This document shows positions 21,762 to 30,928 of a stretch of 64,000 bases of DNA, one piece after another. The DNA is from an uncultured Sphingomonadaceae bacterium (GTDB taxonomy: Bacteria; Pseudomonadota; Alphaproteobacteria; Sphingomonadales; Sphingomonadaceae): positions 9,065 through 73,064 of the forward strand of contig CAXTTJ010000005.1 in assembly GCA_964247235.1 (NCBI GenBank), given 5' to 3'. The notes under the pieces were generated by a model that was not told where the DNA came from, ran no database searches, and was given only the letters and a program-made list of their open reading frames with translations. How positions within the stretch are numbered: the first letter of the stretch is position 1; each line of letters starts with the position of its first letter. The translations under genes were made by a program, and so were the position numbers.

Positions 21762-22430
21762 TCATGCCCAGTCCTTCCGGTAGTCATGGTTCTTGCCGAC
21801 CATTGCGATCAACGTCGTCGGCCGCCCTTCGGGGCAGCTGACCTGCCGCGCGATCTGCGAACCCGGCGTCACGGCACGCCCCTCGGCAAGCGCACTCAGG
21901 ATGGCTTCCATGCTGTCATAAGTCAGGTCTTCGAAATTATCGTCGTTGATCTGGACCATCGGCGCGTTCGCGCAGGCACCCAGACATTCGACTTCGGTGA
22001 GGGTGAACAAGCCGTCGGCGGTCGTCCGCCCCTTCGCCATCCCCCGGTTCGCGCAGGCGGCGAGGACATCGTCCGACCCGCGCAACATGCACGGCGTCGT
22101 TCCGCACACCTGCACATGATAGCGCCCGACCGGGGCCATATTGTACATCGTGTAAAAACTGACGACTTCATAGGCACGCATATAGGGCATGCCGAGTTGG
22201 GCCGCGACAAACTCGATGACGGGCACGGGCAGCCACCCTTGCGCGTTCGTTTCCGCCCCCACCTGTCGCTGGGCAAGGTCGAGCAGCGGCATCACCGCCG
22301 ATTGCTGCCGCCCCGCCGGATAGCGCGCGATGATCTCGGCGGCCTTGGTGGCATTCGCCTTGGTCCAGGCGAATTTGCCCCACCGCGCGCGGGTCTCCGC
22401 TTCCTCGGGGATGTGGGTGGTGTCAGCCAC
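21762..22430 (-). CDS. nuoE: NADH-quinone oxidoreductase subunit E
   Basis: [27 protein letters not shown] start. Confidence 0.97.
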   Translation of the reverse strand: MADTTHIPEEAETRARWGKFAWTKANATKAAEIIARYPAGRQQSAVMPLLDLAQRQVGAETNAQGWLPVPVIEFVAAQLGMPYMRAYEVVSFYTMYNMAPVGRYHVQVCGTTPCMLRGSDDVLAACANRGMAKGRTTADGLFTLTEVECLGACANAPMVQINDDNFEDLTYDSMEAILSALAEGRAVTPGSQIARQVSCPEGRPTTLIAMVGKNHDYRKDWA

Positions 22431-22433
22431 AGA

Positions 22434-22661
22434 TTATCGCGCCTCCGACAATTCAAGCCGACGCTCGACACGACCGAGGCGTTCGTCGAACTTGTCCATG
22501 CGATTGTTCAAACCGGATAGGCTGATCAACATCCCGCCCATATGCTCGTCAAGTGCGGAAAGCCGTGATTTCACGACCTGCATGTCGTCTTCTATATTGG
22601 TCAACCGGTCATCGATGCGACGTAAGCGTTCGAGGATCAGATTTTCAACATTGTCAGTCAT
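22434..22661 (-). CDS. 75-aa coiled-coil hypothetical protein (cargo B)
   Basis: [13 protein letters not shown]...RLGRVERRLEL; paralogous to cargo A. Confidence 0.8.
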   Translation of the reverse strand: MTDNVENLILERLRRIDDRLTNIEDDMQVVKSRLSALDEHMGGMLISLSGLNNRMDKFDERLGRVERRLELSEAR

Positions 22662-22930
22662 GCCGAAGCTCCTTTCTGAACAGCACTATAGCCAAATTCA
22701 TGGTCACGCGCGCGAGTTTCGGCTTCGTCGGGCATGTGGGGGGTGTCGCCATTTGCGATTTCCCTCGAACGCCTTTCGAGAAACGCCTTCCAAAAGAGGG
22801 CTGCAAACCCGAGAAAATTCGTGAGTAGAATTTCGTCTAACACGTCCAAACCACGCGCAAACTTGAGCACTAGCAAAACTAATGACGCGCCGACGCTCAT
22901 CTTTTGGATGGTATCGAGCACCCCAATCAC
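22658..22930 (-). CDS. Chimeric small ORF: about 60-aa membrane peptide fused to a nuoE 5' relic
   Basis: Two hydrophobic segments followed by [18 protein letters not shown] overlap with the nuoD stop and ATGA overlap with cargo B. Confidence 0.55.
   Translation of the reverse strand: MIGVLDTIQKMSVGASLVLLVLKFARGLDVLDEILLTNFLGFAALFWKAFLERRSREIANGDTPHMPDEAETRARDHEFGYSAVQKGASA
22688..22752 (-). pseudogene. Decayed duplicate of the nuoE 5' end with a 1-nt deletion
   Basis: Restoring one T gives [16 protein letters not shown] versus Nuo[17 protein letters not shown] (13/16 identical). Confidence 0.85.
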
Positions 22931-24177
22931 CGGTCACACTCCCCGAACACGATGTCCATCGCGCCGAGCACGGCGGTCGTGTCCGCGAGCATGTGGCCCT
23001 TCATCATGAAGTCCATCGCCTGCAAATGGCTGAACGCGGTCGGGCGGATTTTGCAGCGATAGGGTTTGTTCGTCCCGTCGCTGACCAGATAGACGCCGAA
23101 TTCGCCCTTGGGGCTTTCGGTCGCGACATAGACTTCGCCGGCGGGGACGTGGAAGCCCTCGGTATAGAGTTTGAAATGGTGGATCAGCGCTTCCATCGAT
23201 CGCTTCATTTCGGCGCGTTTGGGCGGCACCACCTTGCGGTCGTCGCTGGCGATCGGCCCCTCGGGCATTTGCGCCAGGCACTGTTTCATGATGCGCGCCG
23301 ATTGACGCACTTCCTCGACGCGGACCATGAAGCGGTCATAGCAATCGCCGCCACCTCTACCAATAACATTGCCCACCGGCACGTCGAAATCCATCCGGGC
23401 GTACACATCATAAGGCTGCGACTTGCGCAGATCCCACGCGATGCCCGAACCACGGATCATCGGCCCCGAAAAGCCCCAGCGCACCGCATCATCCTTGGTG
23501 ACCACACCGATGTCGACATTGCGCTGCTTGAAAATGCGGTTGTCGGCGACGAGGCTGATCGCATCCTCGAACAGTTGCGGCAGGCGCGTGTCGAGCCAGT
23601 CGGCAATGTCGGTGAGCAGCTTCAGCGGCACATCCTGATGCACGCCGCCGGGCCGGAAATAGGCGCAATGCATTCGCGCACCCGATGCGCGCTCGAAAAA
23701 GTTCATGCAGTCTTCGCGGATTTCGAACATCCACAAATTCGGCGTCATCGCACCGACGTCCATCACATGCGACCCGAGGTTGAGCATGTGATTGGAAATG
23801 CGCGTCAATTCGGCGAAAAACACTCGCAGATATTGCGCGCGCAACGGGACGTCGAGATCAAGCAGCTTCTCGATCGCGAGCACATATGAGTGCTCCATGC
23901 ACAGCGGCGAACAATAATCGAGGCGGTCGAAATAAGGCAGCGCCTGAAGATAGGTCTTATGCTCGATCAGCTTTTCGGTGCCGCGGTGGAGCAGCCCGAC
24001 ATGCGGGTCGCAGCGCTCGACGATTTCGCCGTCGAGTTCCATGACAAGCCGGAGAACGCCATGCGCGGCCGGGTGCTGCGGCCCGAAATTGATCGTGTAA
24101 TTCTGAATTTCGACATCGCCGGGGGTGGGCTTTTCGCCGTCGGTCTCCGTGCGAAATTGTTCGAGCGTTTCAGCCAC
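22927..24177 (-). CDS. nuoD: NADH-quinone oxidoreductase subunit D
   Basis: [47 protein letters not shown] at 24177. Confidence 0.97.
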   Translation of the reverse strand: MAETLEQFRTETDGEKPTPGDVEIQNYTINFGPQHPAAHGVLRLVMELDGEIVERCDPHVGLLHRGTEKLIEHKTYLQALPYFDRLDYCSPLCMEHSYVLAIEKLLDLDVPLRAQYLRVFFAELTRISNHMLNLGSHVMDVGAMTPNLWMFEIREDCMNFFERASGARMHCAYFRPGGVHQDVPLKLLTDIADWLDTRLPQLFEDAISLVADNRIFKQRNVDIGVVTKDDAVRWGFSGPMIRGSGIAWDLRKSQPYDVYARMDFDVPVGNVIGRGGGDCYDRFMVRVEEVRQSARIMKQCLAQMPEGPIASDDRKVVPPKRAEMKRSMEALIHHFKLYTEGFHVPAGEVYVATESPKGEFGVYLVSDGTNKPYRCKIRPTAFSHLQAMDFMMKGHMLADTTAVLGAMDIVFGECDR

Positions 24178-24217
24178 AATAAATCTCCGCCGCGCTTGCG
24201 GCATTCAAAACCTTCAT

Positions 24218-24316
24218 CTTCGCGCCTTCGTGCCGTCGTGTGAAATCACGTCCTGTCTTCTCAACCTTGGCGAAGAAGGAGAAAAATGCCTCACACGAAA
24301 GCACGAAGGCACGAAG
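24218..24316. repeat. Palindromic element 5 (CACGAAGG variant), nuoC-nuoD junction
   Basis: 26-bp inverted arms at 24218-24243 and 24291-24316, three mismatches. Confidence 0.85.
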
Positions 24317-24333
24317 GTGGGAAGAAATGGCAG

Positions 24334-25071
24334 TCATGCACCTTCCTTCGTCTTGCGCACACGCTTCGGTTTGGCGGCTTCGTTCGCGGCAGGCCCTGCG
24401 CCGGTGTCCGACGGTTTTTCGGTCACTTTTGGCGTCGCTGGCGGAGCAACCGGCGGAGCGGGCGCCACATATTTCTCGTCACCGGGAAGGATGTAGTCCG
24501 CACCTTCCCAAGGGCTCATGAAATCGAATGTGCGGAAATCCTGTGCCAACCGCACCGGTTCGTAGACGACACGCTTGGCGTCTTCGGAATAGCGCAGTTC
24601 GACATAGCCGGTCAGCGGGAAATCCTTGCGCTGAGGGTGCCCGCGAAAACCGTAATCAGTAAGGATACGGCGCAAATCGGGGTTACCGCTAAACAGCACG
24701 CCATACATGTCGAACACTTCGCGTTCGAGCCACCCCGCGACCGGCCACAGCCCCGTGACCGACGGCACGGCCTGAACCTCATCGGTTATTAGCTTTACGC
24801 GGATACGATGGTTTCTTGTCAGCGACAGCAGATGATAAACCACCTCGAACCGTTCAGGCCGGTCGGGATAATCGACGCCGGCAATTTCCATGAGCTGCTG
24901 ATAGCCGCAGTCATCGCGCAGCGCGGTCATCACCGCGACGATGGCCTCGCGTTTCACTGTCAGCGTCACTTCACCGACCAGATCGACCGCGTCGAGCACA
25001 GCCTTGCCACAGGCCTTCTTCGCAGCGGCAATCACACCCTTGTTCGGTGCATAGGCGGGCGCACAATGCAT
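24334..25071 (-). CDS. nuoC: NADH-quinone oxidoreductase subunit C
   Basis: [28 protein letters not shown]; Pro/Ala/Lys-rich tail. TGATG overlap with nuoB. Confidence 0.96.
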   Translation of the reverse strand: MHCAPAYAPNKGVIAAAKKACGKAVLDAVDLVGEVTLTVKREAIVAVMTALRDDCGYQQLMEIAGVDYPDRPERFEVVYHLLSLTRNHRIRVKLITDEVQAVPSVTGLWPVAGWLEREVFDMYGVLFSGNPDLRRILTDYGFRGHPQRKDFPLTGYVELRYSEDAKRVVYEPVRLAQDFRTFDFMSPWEGADYILPGDEKYVAPAPPVAPPATPKVTEKPSDTGAGPAANEAAKPKRVRKTKEGA

Positions 25072-25607
25072 CAGCGTTCGATGGTTCCGCTGCGACGGAT
25101 TTTCCGCTGCAGCTGCATGATGCCGTACAACAACGCCTCTGCCGTCGGCGGACAGCCCGGCACGTAAATATCGACGGGCACGATGCGATCGCATCCGCGC
25201 ACCACCGAATAGCTGTAATGATAATAGCCGCCGCCGTTCGCGCAGCTGCCCATCGATATCACATATTTCGGGTCCGACATCTGGTCGTACACCTTGCGCA
25301 GCGCGGGCGCCATCTTGTTGCACAGCGTCCCCGCCACGATCATCACGTCTGACTGGCGCGGAGACGCACGTGGTGCGACACCGAAGCGTTCGAGATCGTA
25401 GCGCGGCATGTTGACATGGATCATCTCGACCGCACAGCAGGCGAGGCCAAAGGTCATCCACCACAGCGATCCGGTGCGCGCCCAGTGAAACAGGTCCTCG
25501 GTCGACGCCACAAGAAACCCCTTGTCGGTCAGCTCGCCGTTGAGATCGTTGAAAAACCCGTCATTTTGCACCGACGTGCCGGGGGCGCGGGCAAGTTCTA
25601 CTCCCAT
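25071..25607 (-). CDS. nuoB: NADH-quinone oxidoreductase subunit B
   Basis: [37 protein letters not shown]. Confidence 0.97.
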   Translation of the reverse strand: MGVELARAPGTSVQNDGFFNDLNGELTDKGFLVASTEDLFHWARTGSLWWMTFGLACCAVEMIHVNMPRYDLERFGVAPRASPRQSDVMIVAGTLCNKMAPALRKVYDQMSDPKYVISMGSCANGGGYYHYSYSVVRGCDRIVPVDIYVPGCPPTAEALLYGIMQLQRKIRRSGTIER

Positions 25608-25975
25608 TCGAGCGCTCCCTTTTTCCACGCATAGGCATAGCCGAGGATGAGTTCGAGCAGGAAGATGATCATCGCGCCCCAGCCAGCAATACCGATTCCG
25701 TGTAAGGACACCGCCCACGGAAACAGGAACGCCGCCTCCAGATCGAAAATGATGAACAGGATTGCCACGAGGTAGAAGCGCACGTCAAACTGGCTGCGGC
25801 TATCCTCGAATGCCGGAAAGCCGCATTCATATTCGCTGAGCTTTTCAGGCGAGGGTTTATACGCGCCCGTGAAACGCTGTGCGATCATCGGCAAAAACAC
25901 GAACGCGCTCGAAATGAACAGCGCAATCGCCAGAAACAGCAGGATTGGCAGATAACCGGCGGCGGACGACGCCAT
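25598..25975 (-). CDS. nuoA: NADH-quinone oxidoreductase subunit A
   Basis: [27 protein letters not shown]. Start is 25975 or 25981. Confidence 0.96.
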   Translation of the reverse strand: MASSAAGYLPILLFLAIALFISSAFVFLPMIAQRFTGAYKPSPEKLSEYECGFPAFEDSRSQFDVRFYLVAILFIIFDLEAAFLFPWAVSLHGIGIAGWGAMIIFLLELILGYAYAWKKGALEWE

Positions 25976-26019
25976 AATCATAACTCCCTGAGGCGGAAAA
26001 TACCGCCCCGTATGATTGC

Positions 26020-26048
26020 GCTTTAGGCGACCCCTGCCCCCTTCGCAA
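26020..26048 (-). promoter_or_regulatory. Putative sigma70 promoter of the nuo operon
   Basis: TTGCGA-17 nt-TAAAGC on the minus strand upstream of nuoA. Confidence 0.45.
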
Positions 26049-26082
26049 GCGCAGCAAACACCAATCTGACCGGGGTCAGGAC

Positions 26083-26895
26083 CTAGCGCAACGCCCCTGC
26101 GACCAGCTTGTGCAGCCGCGAGTGCAGCCCGTCGCTCGCGGCCAGGAATTCGTTGCGCTCCATCGCCCGGTCGCCGCCCCGGAAATCGGTGACAAAGCCG
26201 CCCGCTTCACGGACCAGCAGCACGCCAGCCGCGACGTCCCACGGCTGCAAATGGCTTTCCCAATACCCGTCGTAGCGCCCCGCCGCGACCCAGGCGAGAT
26301 CAAGCGCCGCCGATCCGAACCGCCGGATTCCCGCCACTTCGGGCGCAACCGCCCCGAAAATCCGGCTCCATTGCGCAAAATCGCCGTGCCCCAGAAACGG
26401 GATGCCGGTCGCAATCAGTGATTCCGACAGATCGGTTCGCGCCGACACGCGCAGGCGCCGGTCGGTCAGCCACGCGCCCCGCCCCTTTTCCGCCCAGAAC
26501 ATCTCGTCGGTCAGCGGCTGATAGGTCAGTGCCGAGGTAATCTCGCGCTTGCCGTTCGGCATTGGCTCCTCGACCGCGATCGAGATCGCGAAATGGGGAA
26601 TGCCGTGCAGGAAGTTCGACGTGCCGTCCAAGGGATCGACGATCCAGCGCGGCTTCGACGGGTCACCCGGGATTTCCCCCGATTCCTCCATCAGCAACGC
26701 CCAGTCGGGCCGCGCCTTGTTCAGTTCGTTGTAGATCGCATCTTCGGCGCGCTTGTCGGCCATCGACACGAAATCGGCCGGGCCCTTGCGCGACACCTGC
26801 AATTGCTGGACTTCATTGAAATCACGACGCAACCGCGGTGCCGCCTTGCGCACGGCACGATCCATGATCGTCATCAGGCCGGAATGGGAAACCAC
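26083..26895 (-). CDS. suhB: Inositol monophosphatase family protein
   Basis: [28 protein letters not shown]. Confidence 0.92.
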   Translation of the reverse strand: MVSHSGLMTIMDRAVRKAAPRLRRDFNEVQQLQVSRKGPADFVSMADKRAEDAIYNELNKARPDWALLMEESGEIPGDPSKPRWIVDPLDGTSNFLHGIPHFAISIAVEEPMPNGKREITSALTYQPLTDEMFWAEKGRGAWLTDRRLRVSARTDLSESLIATGIPFLGHGDFAQWSRIFGAVAPEVAGIRRFGSAALDLAWVAAGRYDGYWESHLQPWDVAAGVLLVREAGGFVTDFRGGDRAMERNEFLAASDGLHSRLHKLVAGALR

Positions 26896-27462
26896 TTAAC
26901 CCTCGGCTCGTCGGACGTACGTCTGCTCATATACATCAACAACAATCCGCGTCCCCGCGCCGATATGCGGCGGCACCATCACGCGCACGCCGTTTTCAAG
27001 GACGGCGGGTTTATATGACGACGACGCCGTCTGTCCCTTCACCACTGCGTCGGCCTCGACGATCAGCGCCTCGATCGTGTCGGGCAGCTGGACCGAAATC
27101 GGCTTGTCATCATAAGTTTCCATGACGACATCCATGCCGTCCTGAAGGAACGCCGCGGCATCGCCAAGGATGCCGCGATCAAGCGTCACCTGGTCATAGG
27201 TTTCCTTGTCCATGAAGGTCAGGGCGTCACCATCGGCGAAGAGGAACTGAAAATCCTTGGTATCAAGGCGAACTTTTTCAACGCTTTCGGCCGAACGGAA
27301 ACGGATATTGGTCTTGCGCCCGTCGATCAGGTTTTTCAGCTCGACCTGCATATAAGCGCCGCCCTTGCCCGGCTGCGTATGCTGGATCTTCACTGCGCGC
27401 CACAGGCCGCCTTCATAGTCCAATATGTTGCCGGGACGGATTTCGACCGCGTTGATCTTCAT
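26896..27462 (-). CDS. efp: Elongation factor P (188 aa)
   Basis: [24 protein letters not shown]. Confidence 0.97.
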   Translation of the reverse strand: MKINAVEIRPGNILDYEGGLWRAVKIQHTQPGKGGAYMQVELKNLIDGRKTNIRFRSAESVEKVRLDTKDFQFLFADGDALTFMDKETYDQVTLDRGILGDAAAFLQDGMDVVMETYDDKPISVQLPDTIEALIVEADAVVKGQTASSSYKPAVLENGVRVMVPPHIGAGTRIVVDVYEQTYVRRAEG

Positions 27463-27511
27463 ATTTACCTGCCGATTGAAAGAGCGATACGCGCCGATAG
27501 CGGCTTGGGCC

Positions 27512-28189
27512 TTAGGGAGCAAGAACCGCCGCAAACACCTTCACCGCTGCCACTTCGTCGACGCCCCAGACGGCGTTGCACACCGCAATGAAATCAGCCC
27601 CCGCCTCGACCAGCGGCCGGGCATTGTCCGCTGTGATCCCGCCGATGGCAACGCAGGGCGTGCCGAACAGCGTCTGCCACCACGTCAGGATCGCCGGATC
27701 GGGGCGATAGTCGCTCGGCTTGGTCGTCGTCGGATAGAAGGCCCCGAACGCGACATAATCCGCCCCCGCCTCTCCCGCTTCCATCGCAAGGTGGCGGCTG
27801 TCGTGGCACGTCACGCCGATCTGCGCCTCACGCCCGAGGATTTGCCGTGCCTCACGCGGATCGCCATCCGACTGCCCGAGATGCAAGCCATCCGCGCCGA
27901 GCCGCTTGGCAAGACCGATTGAGTCATTGACGATGAACGCCACGTCCGCGTCTGCACAGATGCGCTGGAGCGGCTCGGCAAGCGCTGCAATGGCGTGATC
28001 GTCGACGCCCTTCAGCCGCAACTGAAACGCCGCAACGGGGCCAGCAGCGACGGCGCGCTTGAGGCGTTCAGCGAATGCGGCATCGATCACGGGCGGCGAA
28101 ATCAGATAAAGCTGACACGCCGGGCGCCGCTCACGGGCAAAACGTTCGCCGAAGGAGGCATCGAGGGGCGGCAGGTCGTCATCGATCAT
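27512..28189 (-). CDS. thiE: Thiamine-phosphate synthase
   Basis: [30 protein letters not shown]. Confidence 0.92.
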   Translation of the reverse strand: MIDDDLPPLDASFGERFARERRPACQLYLISPPVIDAAFAERLKRAVAAGPVAAFQLRLKGVDDHAIAALAEPLQRICADADVAFIVNDSIGLAKRLGADGLHLGQSDGDPREARQILGREAQIGVTCHDSRHLAMEAGEAGADYVAFGAFYPTTTKPSDYRPDPAILTWWQTLFGTPCVAIGGITADNARPLVEAGADFIAVCNAVWGVDEVAAVKVFAAVLAP

Positions 28190-28216
28190 CGCGCGCCTAT
28201 AGCAAACCGAAAATCA

Positions 28217-28244
28217 TTGACCATCACCGATTTGTGTGTATGAT
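28217..28244 (+). promoter_or_regulatory. sigma70 promoter of hicAB, probably leaderless
   Basis: TTGACC-16 nt-TATGAT; ATG lies 7 nt after the -10 box with no SD sequence. Confidence 0.6.
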
Positions 28245-28251
28245 GCGCATA

Positions 28252-28437
28252 ATGACCAGTCGTGATCTGATCAGGCAGCTGACCGATGCAGGCTGGACGC
28301 TCGATAGGGTGCGCGGATCGCACCATGTTTTTGTACATGCGACGCGGCCCGGCCATGTCGTTGTCCCACATCCGAAAAAGGATCTGGGGCGCGGGCTAAT
28401 CGGGGCGATCCGCAAACAGGCAGGATTGGAAAAATGA
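28252..28437 (+). CDS. hicA: HicA family toxin
   Basis: GW..RVRGSHHVF...VVVPHPKKDL. Confidence 0.92.
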   Translation: MTSRDLIRQLTDAGWTLDRVRGSHHVFVHATRPGHVVVPHPKKDLGRGLIGAIRKQAGLEK

Positions 28438-28844
28438 CCATGCGCTATCCGATTGCCATCGAACCCGGCACCGAAACGACAGCATTTGGCGTCGTCGTGC
28501 CCGATCTGCCGGGATGTTTTTCGGCAGGGGACACGCTCGACGAAGCGATTGTCGGTGCCGAAGAAGCCGCCGCTGCATGGATCGACGCGACGCTTGACGC
28601 AGGGGCCGCCATCCCCCCGCCCTCGACGCTCGAAGCGGTGCAGGCCAATCCCGATTATCGCGGCTGGACTTACGGCGTGATCAACGTCGACCCCGCACTG
28701 CTCGACGACCGCGTCGAACGCGTCAATATCACCCTCCCCCGCCGCGTCCTGAAACGCCTTGACGCAATGGCAAGGGCAGCGGACGAAACGCGCTCGGGGT
28801 TCGTGGCGCAGTTGACGGTTGGGGATGGGAAGCGAGCGGCTTAG
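28434..28844 (+). CDS. hicB: HicB family antitoxin with C-terminal RHH
   Basis: VPDLPGCFSAGDTLDEA; RVNITLPRRVL. ATGA overlap with hicA. Confidence 0.92.
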   Translation: MTMRYPIAIEPGTETTAFGVVVPDLPGCFSAGDTLDEAIVGAEEAAAAWIDATLDAGAAIPPPSTLEAVQANPDYRGWTYGVINVDPALLDDRVERVNITLPRRVLKRLDAMARAADETRSGFVAQLTVGDGKRAA

Positions 28845-28883
28845 ATTATCAGTTTCAGAGCAAGTGCGTATCCAGATGCATCA

Positions 28884-29342
28884 CTAATCAAACCGGTCTC
28901 GCGACGCGGCGGGATGCGCTGGAACTGGAGCGGAACGCCACTGAAACATCCGCTCCTGACGCTCCTTTGGGGCGAGCTTCTTTGCGACTTTCCAATCTGC
29001 GTCCGTTACCTGACGCATTGTATATCCCTTGGATAGCATGCAGTCGTAAATGGTAAGGCTGAAGCGCTTGTATCCCGACATGATCGCCGACGCGCCGCTT
29101 GCCAGGCCGCCAGCGAGCCCCCCGCCGCCCGACTGGCCTTGGGGCAACGCGCCCTGCGTGTAGGGAAATAGCGCGGTTGGATCATGTTTCGCCTTGTCCG
29201 CATCGGCAAGGCATGCACCCTCCTCCTGGTTCATGACTGCTTCGGTAACGCCTGGCTTATGGGCGTAAATTGGCGTTCGAGCGAAGGTCGGCGTCGTTAG
29301 CATTGCCATGCCCAAAATCAATACGCGCGACATCGCTCTCAC
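28884..29342 (-). CDS. Hypothetical exported protein
   Basis: Signal-peptide-like N-terminus, Gly-rich segment, C...CMLSKGY. Confidence 0.65.
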   Translation of the reverse strand: MRAMSRVLILGMAMLTTPTFARTPIYAHKPGVTEAVMNQEEGACLADADKAKHDPTALFPYTQGALPQGQSGGGGLAGGLASGASAIMSGYKRFSLTIYDCMLSKGYTMRQVTDADWKVAKKLAPKERQERMFQWRSAPVPAHPAASRDRFD

Positions 29343-30247
29343 TCCTCACCCTTATAAATCCGCACCAGCTTCTCGAGCATCGCGAGTGCATCCGCCCGTG
29401 GCCGCTGGAACGTGTTTCGCCCGATGATCGAGCCGTTGCCGCCGCCGTCGCGAACGTCGCGCGCGTCCTGATAGACCGCGTCCGCGCCCTTCGCTGCTCC
29501 CCCTGAGAACACCACGATCCGCCGCCCGGCAAAGCACGCCTGCACGACATGCGCGACGCGTTTGGCCTGGGTGCTGCCGTCAAAGCCTTCATAAGCCTTT
29601 TTCGCGTCGGCCTGTTCGATATGGTCGGTGGGCAGCTTCACCTTGATGATATGCGCGCCGAGCAGCGCTGCCATGTGTGCCGCGTATGCGCCAACATCCA
29701 GCGCGAGTTCGCCCGACTTCGGCAATGCGCCGCCGCGCGGATAGCTCCAGATGACGGTCGCGATGCCGACTGACTTGGCTTCGGCGGACATCTCCCTGAT
29801 TTCTTCCATCAATTCAAAGCAATCGTCACTGCCCGGATAGATTGTGAACCCGATCGCCGCACAACCGAGGCGCAGCGCATCGTCGACGCCGCCGGTCATC
29901 GCCTGATTGGCCCCCGTCGCCCAGCTGTTCGAGCTGTTGACCTTCAGGATCGTCGGAATCTGCCCCGCAAAGGTCGCTGCCCCCGCTTCGAGCATGCCCA
30001 AAGGCGCGGCATAAGCCGACAGCCCCGCATCAATCGCGATCTCATAATGGTAATGCGGGTCATAGGCGTCGGGATTGACGGAAAACGACCGCGCCGGGCC
30101 ATGTTCGAATCCCTGATCGACCGGCAGGATGACCAGCTTTCCCGTCCCGCCGAGCTTGCCCTGCATCAGGATACGCGCAAGATTGCCCTTCACGCCGGGA
30201 TTGTCGGATTCATAGTTATTCAAAATGGCGCGGACGGTCGGTGTCAT
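29339..30247 (-). CDS. fbaB: Class I fructose-bisphosphate aldolase (DhnA type)
   Basis: LPVDQGFEHGP, WSYPRGG, GAHIIKVK, IIGRN. Confidence 0.92.
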   Translation of the reverse strand: MTPTVRAILNNYESDNPGVKGNLARILMQGKLGGTGKLVILPVDQGFEHGPARSFSVNPDAYDPHYHYEIAIDAGLSAYAAPLGMLEAGAATFAGQIPTILKVNSSNSWATGANQAMTGGVDDALRLGCAAIGFTIYPGSDDCFELMEEIREMSAEAKSVGIATVIWSYPRGGALPKSGELALDVGAYAAHMAALLGAHIIKVKLPTDHIEQADAKKAYEGFDGSTQAKRVAHVVQACFAGRRIVVFSGGAAKGADAVYQDARDVRDGGGNGSIIGRNTFQRPRADALAMLEKLVRIYKGEE

Positions 30248-30323
30248 CTGATGTCCCTGTGCATAGGAATATATGTCCCCGCCGATAGCGAAGCCCGTGC
30301 CGCGCCGCAATCCGGATAGGGGG

Positions 30324-30650
30324 TTAAAGGTCGAGCCAGCGGCGCAGGGCCGTATCTACTCGTGCCATATCCTCGCGATCCAACGAGCCTATGTAGCGGT
30401 CGAGCGACGACCGCCTGAAACTGAACAAACGATCAGTCTGAACGTCGGATGGGAGTTGAAGTCCGCTGGCCGCACTCGGCGCGATTCGGACTCGAAACCA
30501 GATTGACGGGGCGAGCGCTGACGAAATGAAGGCGATTGTCACCGAAGAATGCTCCGCTGCCACCGATGTTTGCACGACAAGCAGTGGTCGAGGTTTTTTC
30601 GTCATCAGACCTTTTTCGCTACCCCAATAGATTGCCCCCCGTTCAATCAT
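30324..30650 (-). CDS. PemK/MazF family toxin
   Basis: RGAIYW, KKPRPLLVVQ, SDVQTD, VDTALRRWLDL. Confidence 0.85.
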   Translation of the reverse strand: MIERGAIYWGSEKGLMTKKPRPLLVVQTSVAAEHSSVTIAFISSALAPSIWFRVRIAPSAASGLQLPSDVQTDRLFSFRRSSLDRYIGSLDREDMARVDTALRRWLDL

Positions 30651-30894
30651 CGGGTCGAGTCATGCGCCAGGCGAGCTCCTCCATTTCTTCCAGCTCGGCA
30701 CGCGCAACAGGATTATTTCGCTCAAACTCGGCAATCAACGCAAGCTCGCGGCGGAATTCCACGTCATCGTCGTCGTGCCGATCCATATACTCGACAATGG
30801 CCGCCCGACCGACATCGCTTTTACGCTGCCCGCGCCGACGAATGAAGCGTTCAAACCTCTGTTCAATGTCTGGCCCCAGCTTGATTCCCAGCAT
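30643..30894 (-). CDS. Ribbon-helix-helix antitoxin
   Basis: GIKL...KSDVGRAAIVEY RHH pattern with an acidic tail; 8-nt overlap with the toxin. Confidence 0.75.
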   Translation of the reverse strand: MLGIKLGPDIEQRFERFIRRRGQRKSDVGRAAIVEYMDRHDDDDVEFRRELALIAEFERNNPVARAELEEMEELAWRMTRPDD

Positions 30895-30904
30895 TGTTGC
30901 CTCC

Positions 30905-30920
30905 GTTTAACCTGTTAAAC
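30905..30920. promoter_or_regulatory. Inverted repeat, probable antitoxin operator
   Basis: GTTTAAC-CT-GTTAAAC just upstream of the antitoxin RBS. Confidence 0.6.
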
Positions 30921-30928
30921 CTATGCAG

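Noticed and set aside
14969-24316. nuo repeats as a CRISPR array or terminators
   Set aside because: They are dispersed rather than regularly spaced, have no unique spacers and no cas genes. They lack U-tracts and sit inside a coupled operon.
30250-30323. Possible pgk 3' relic downstream of the MazF gene
   Set aside because: Only short GC-rich matches; no translatable homology.
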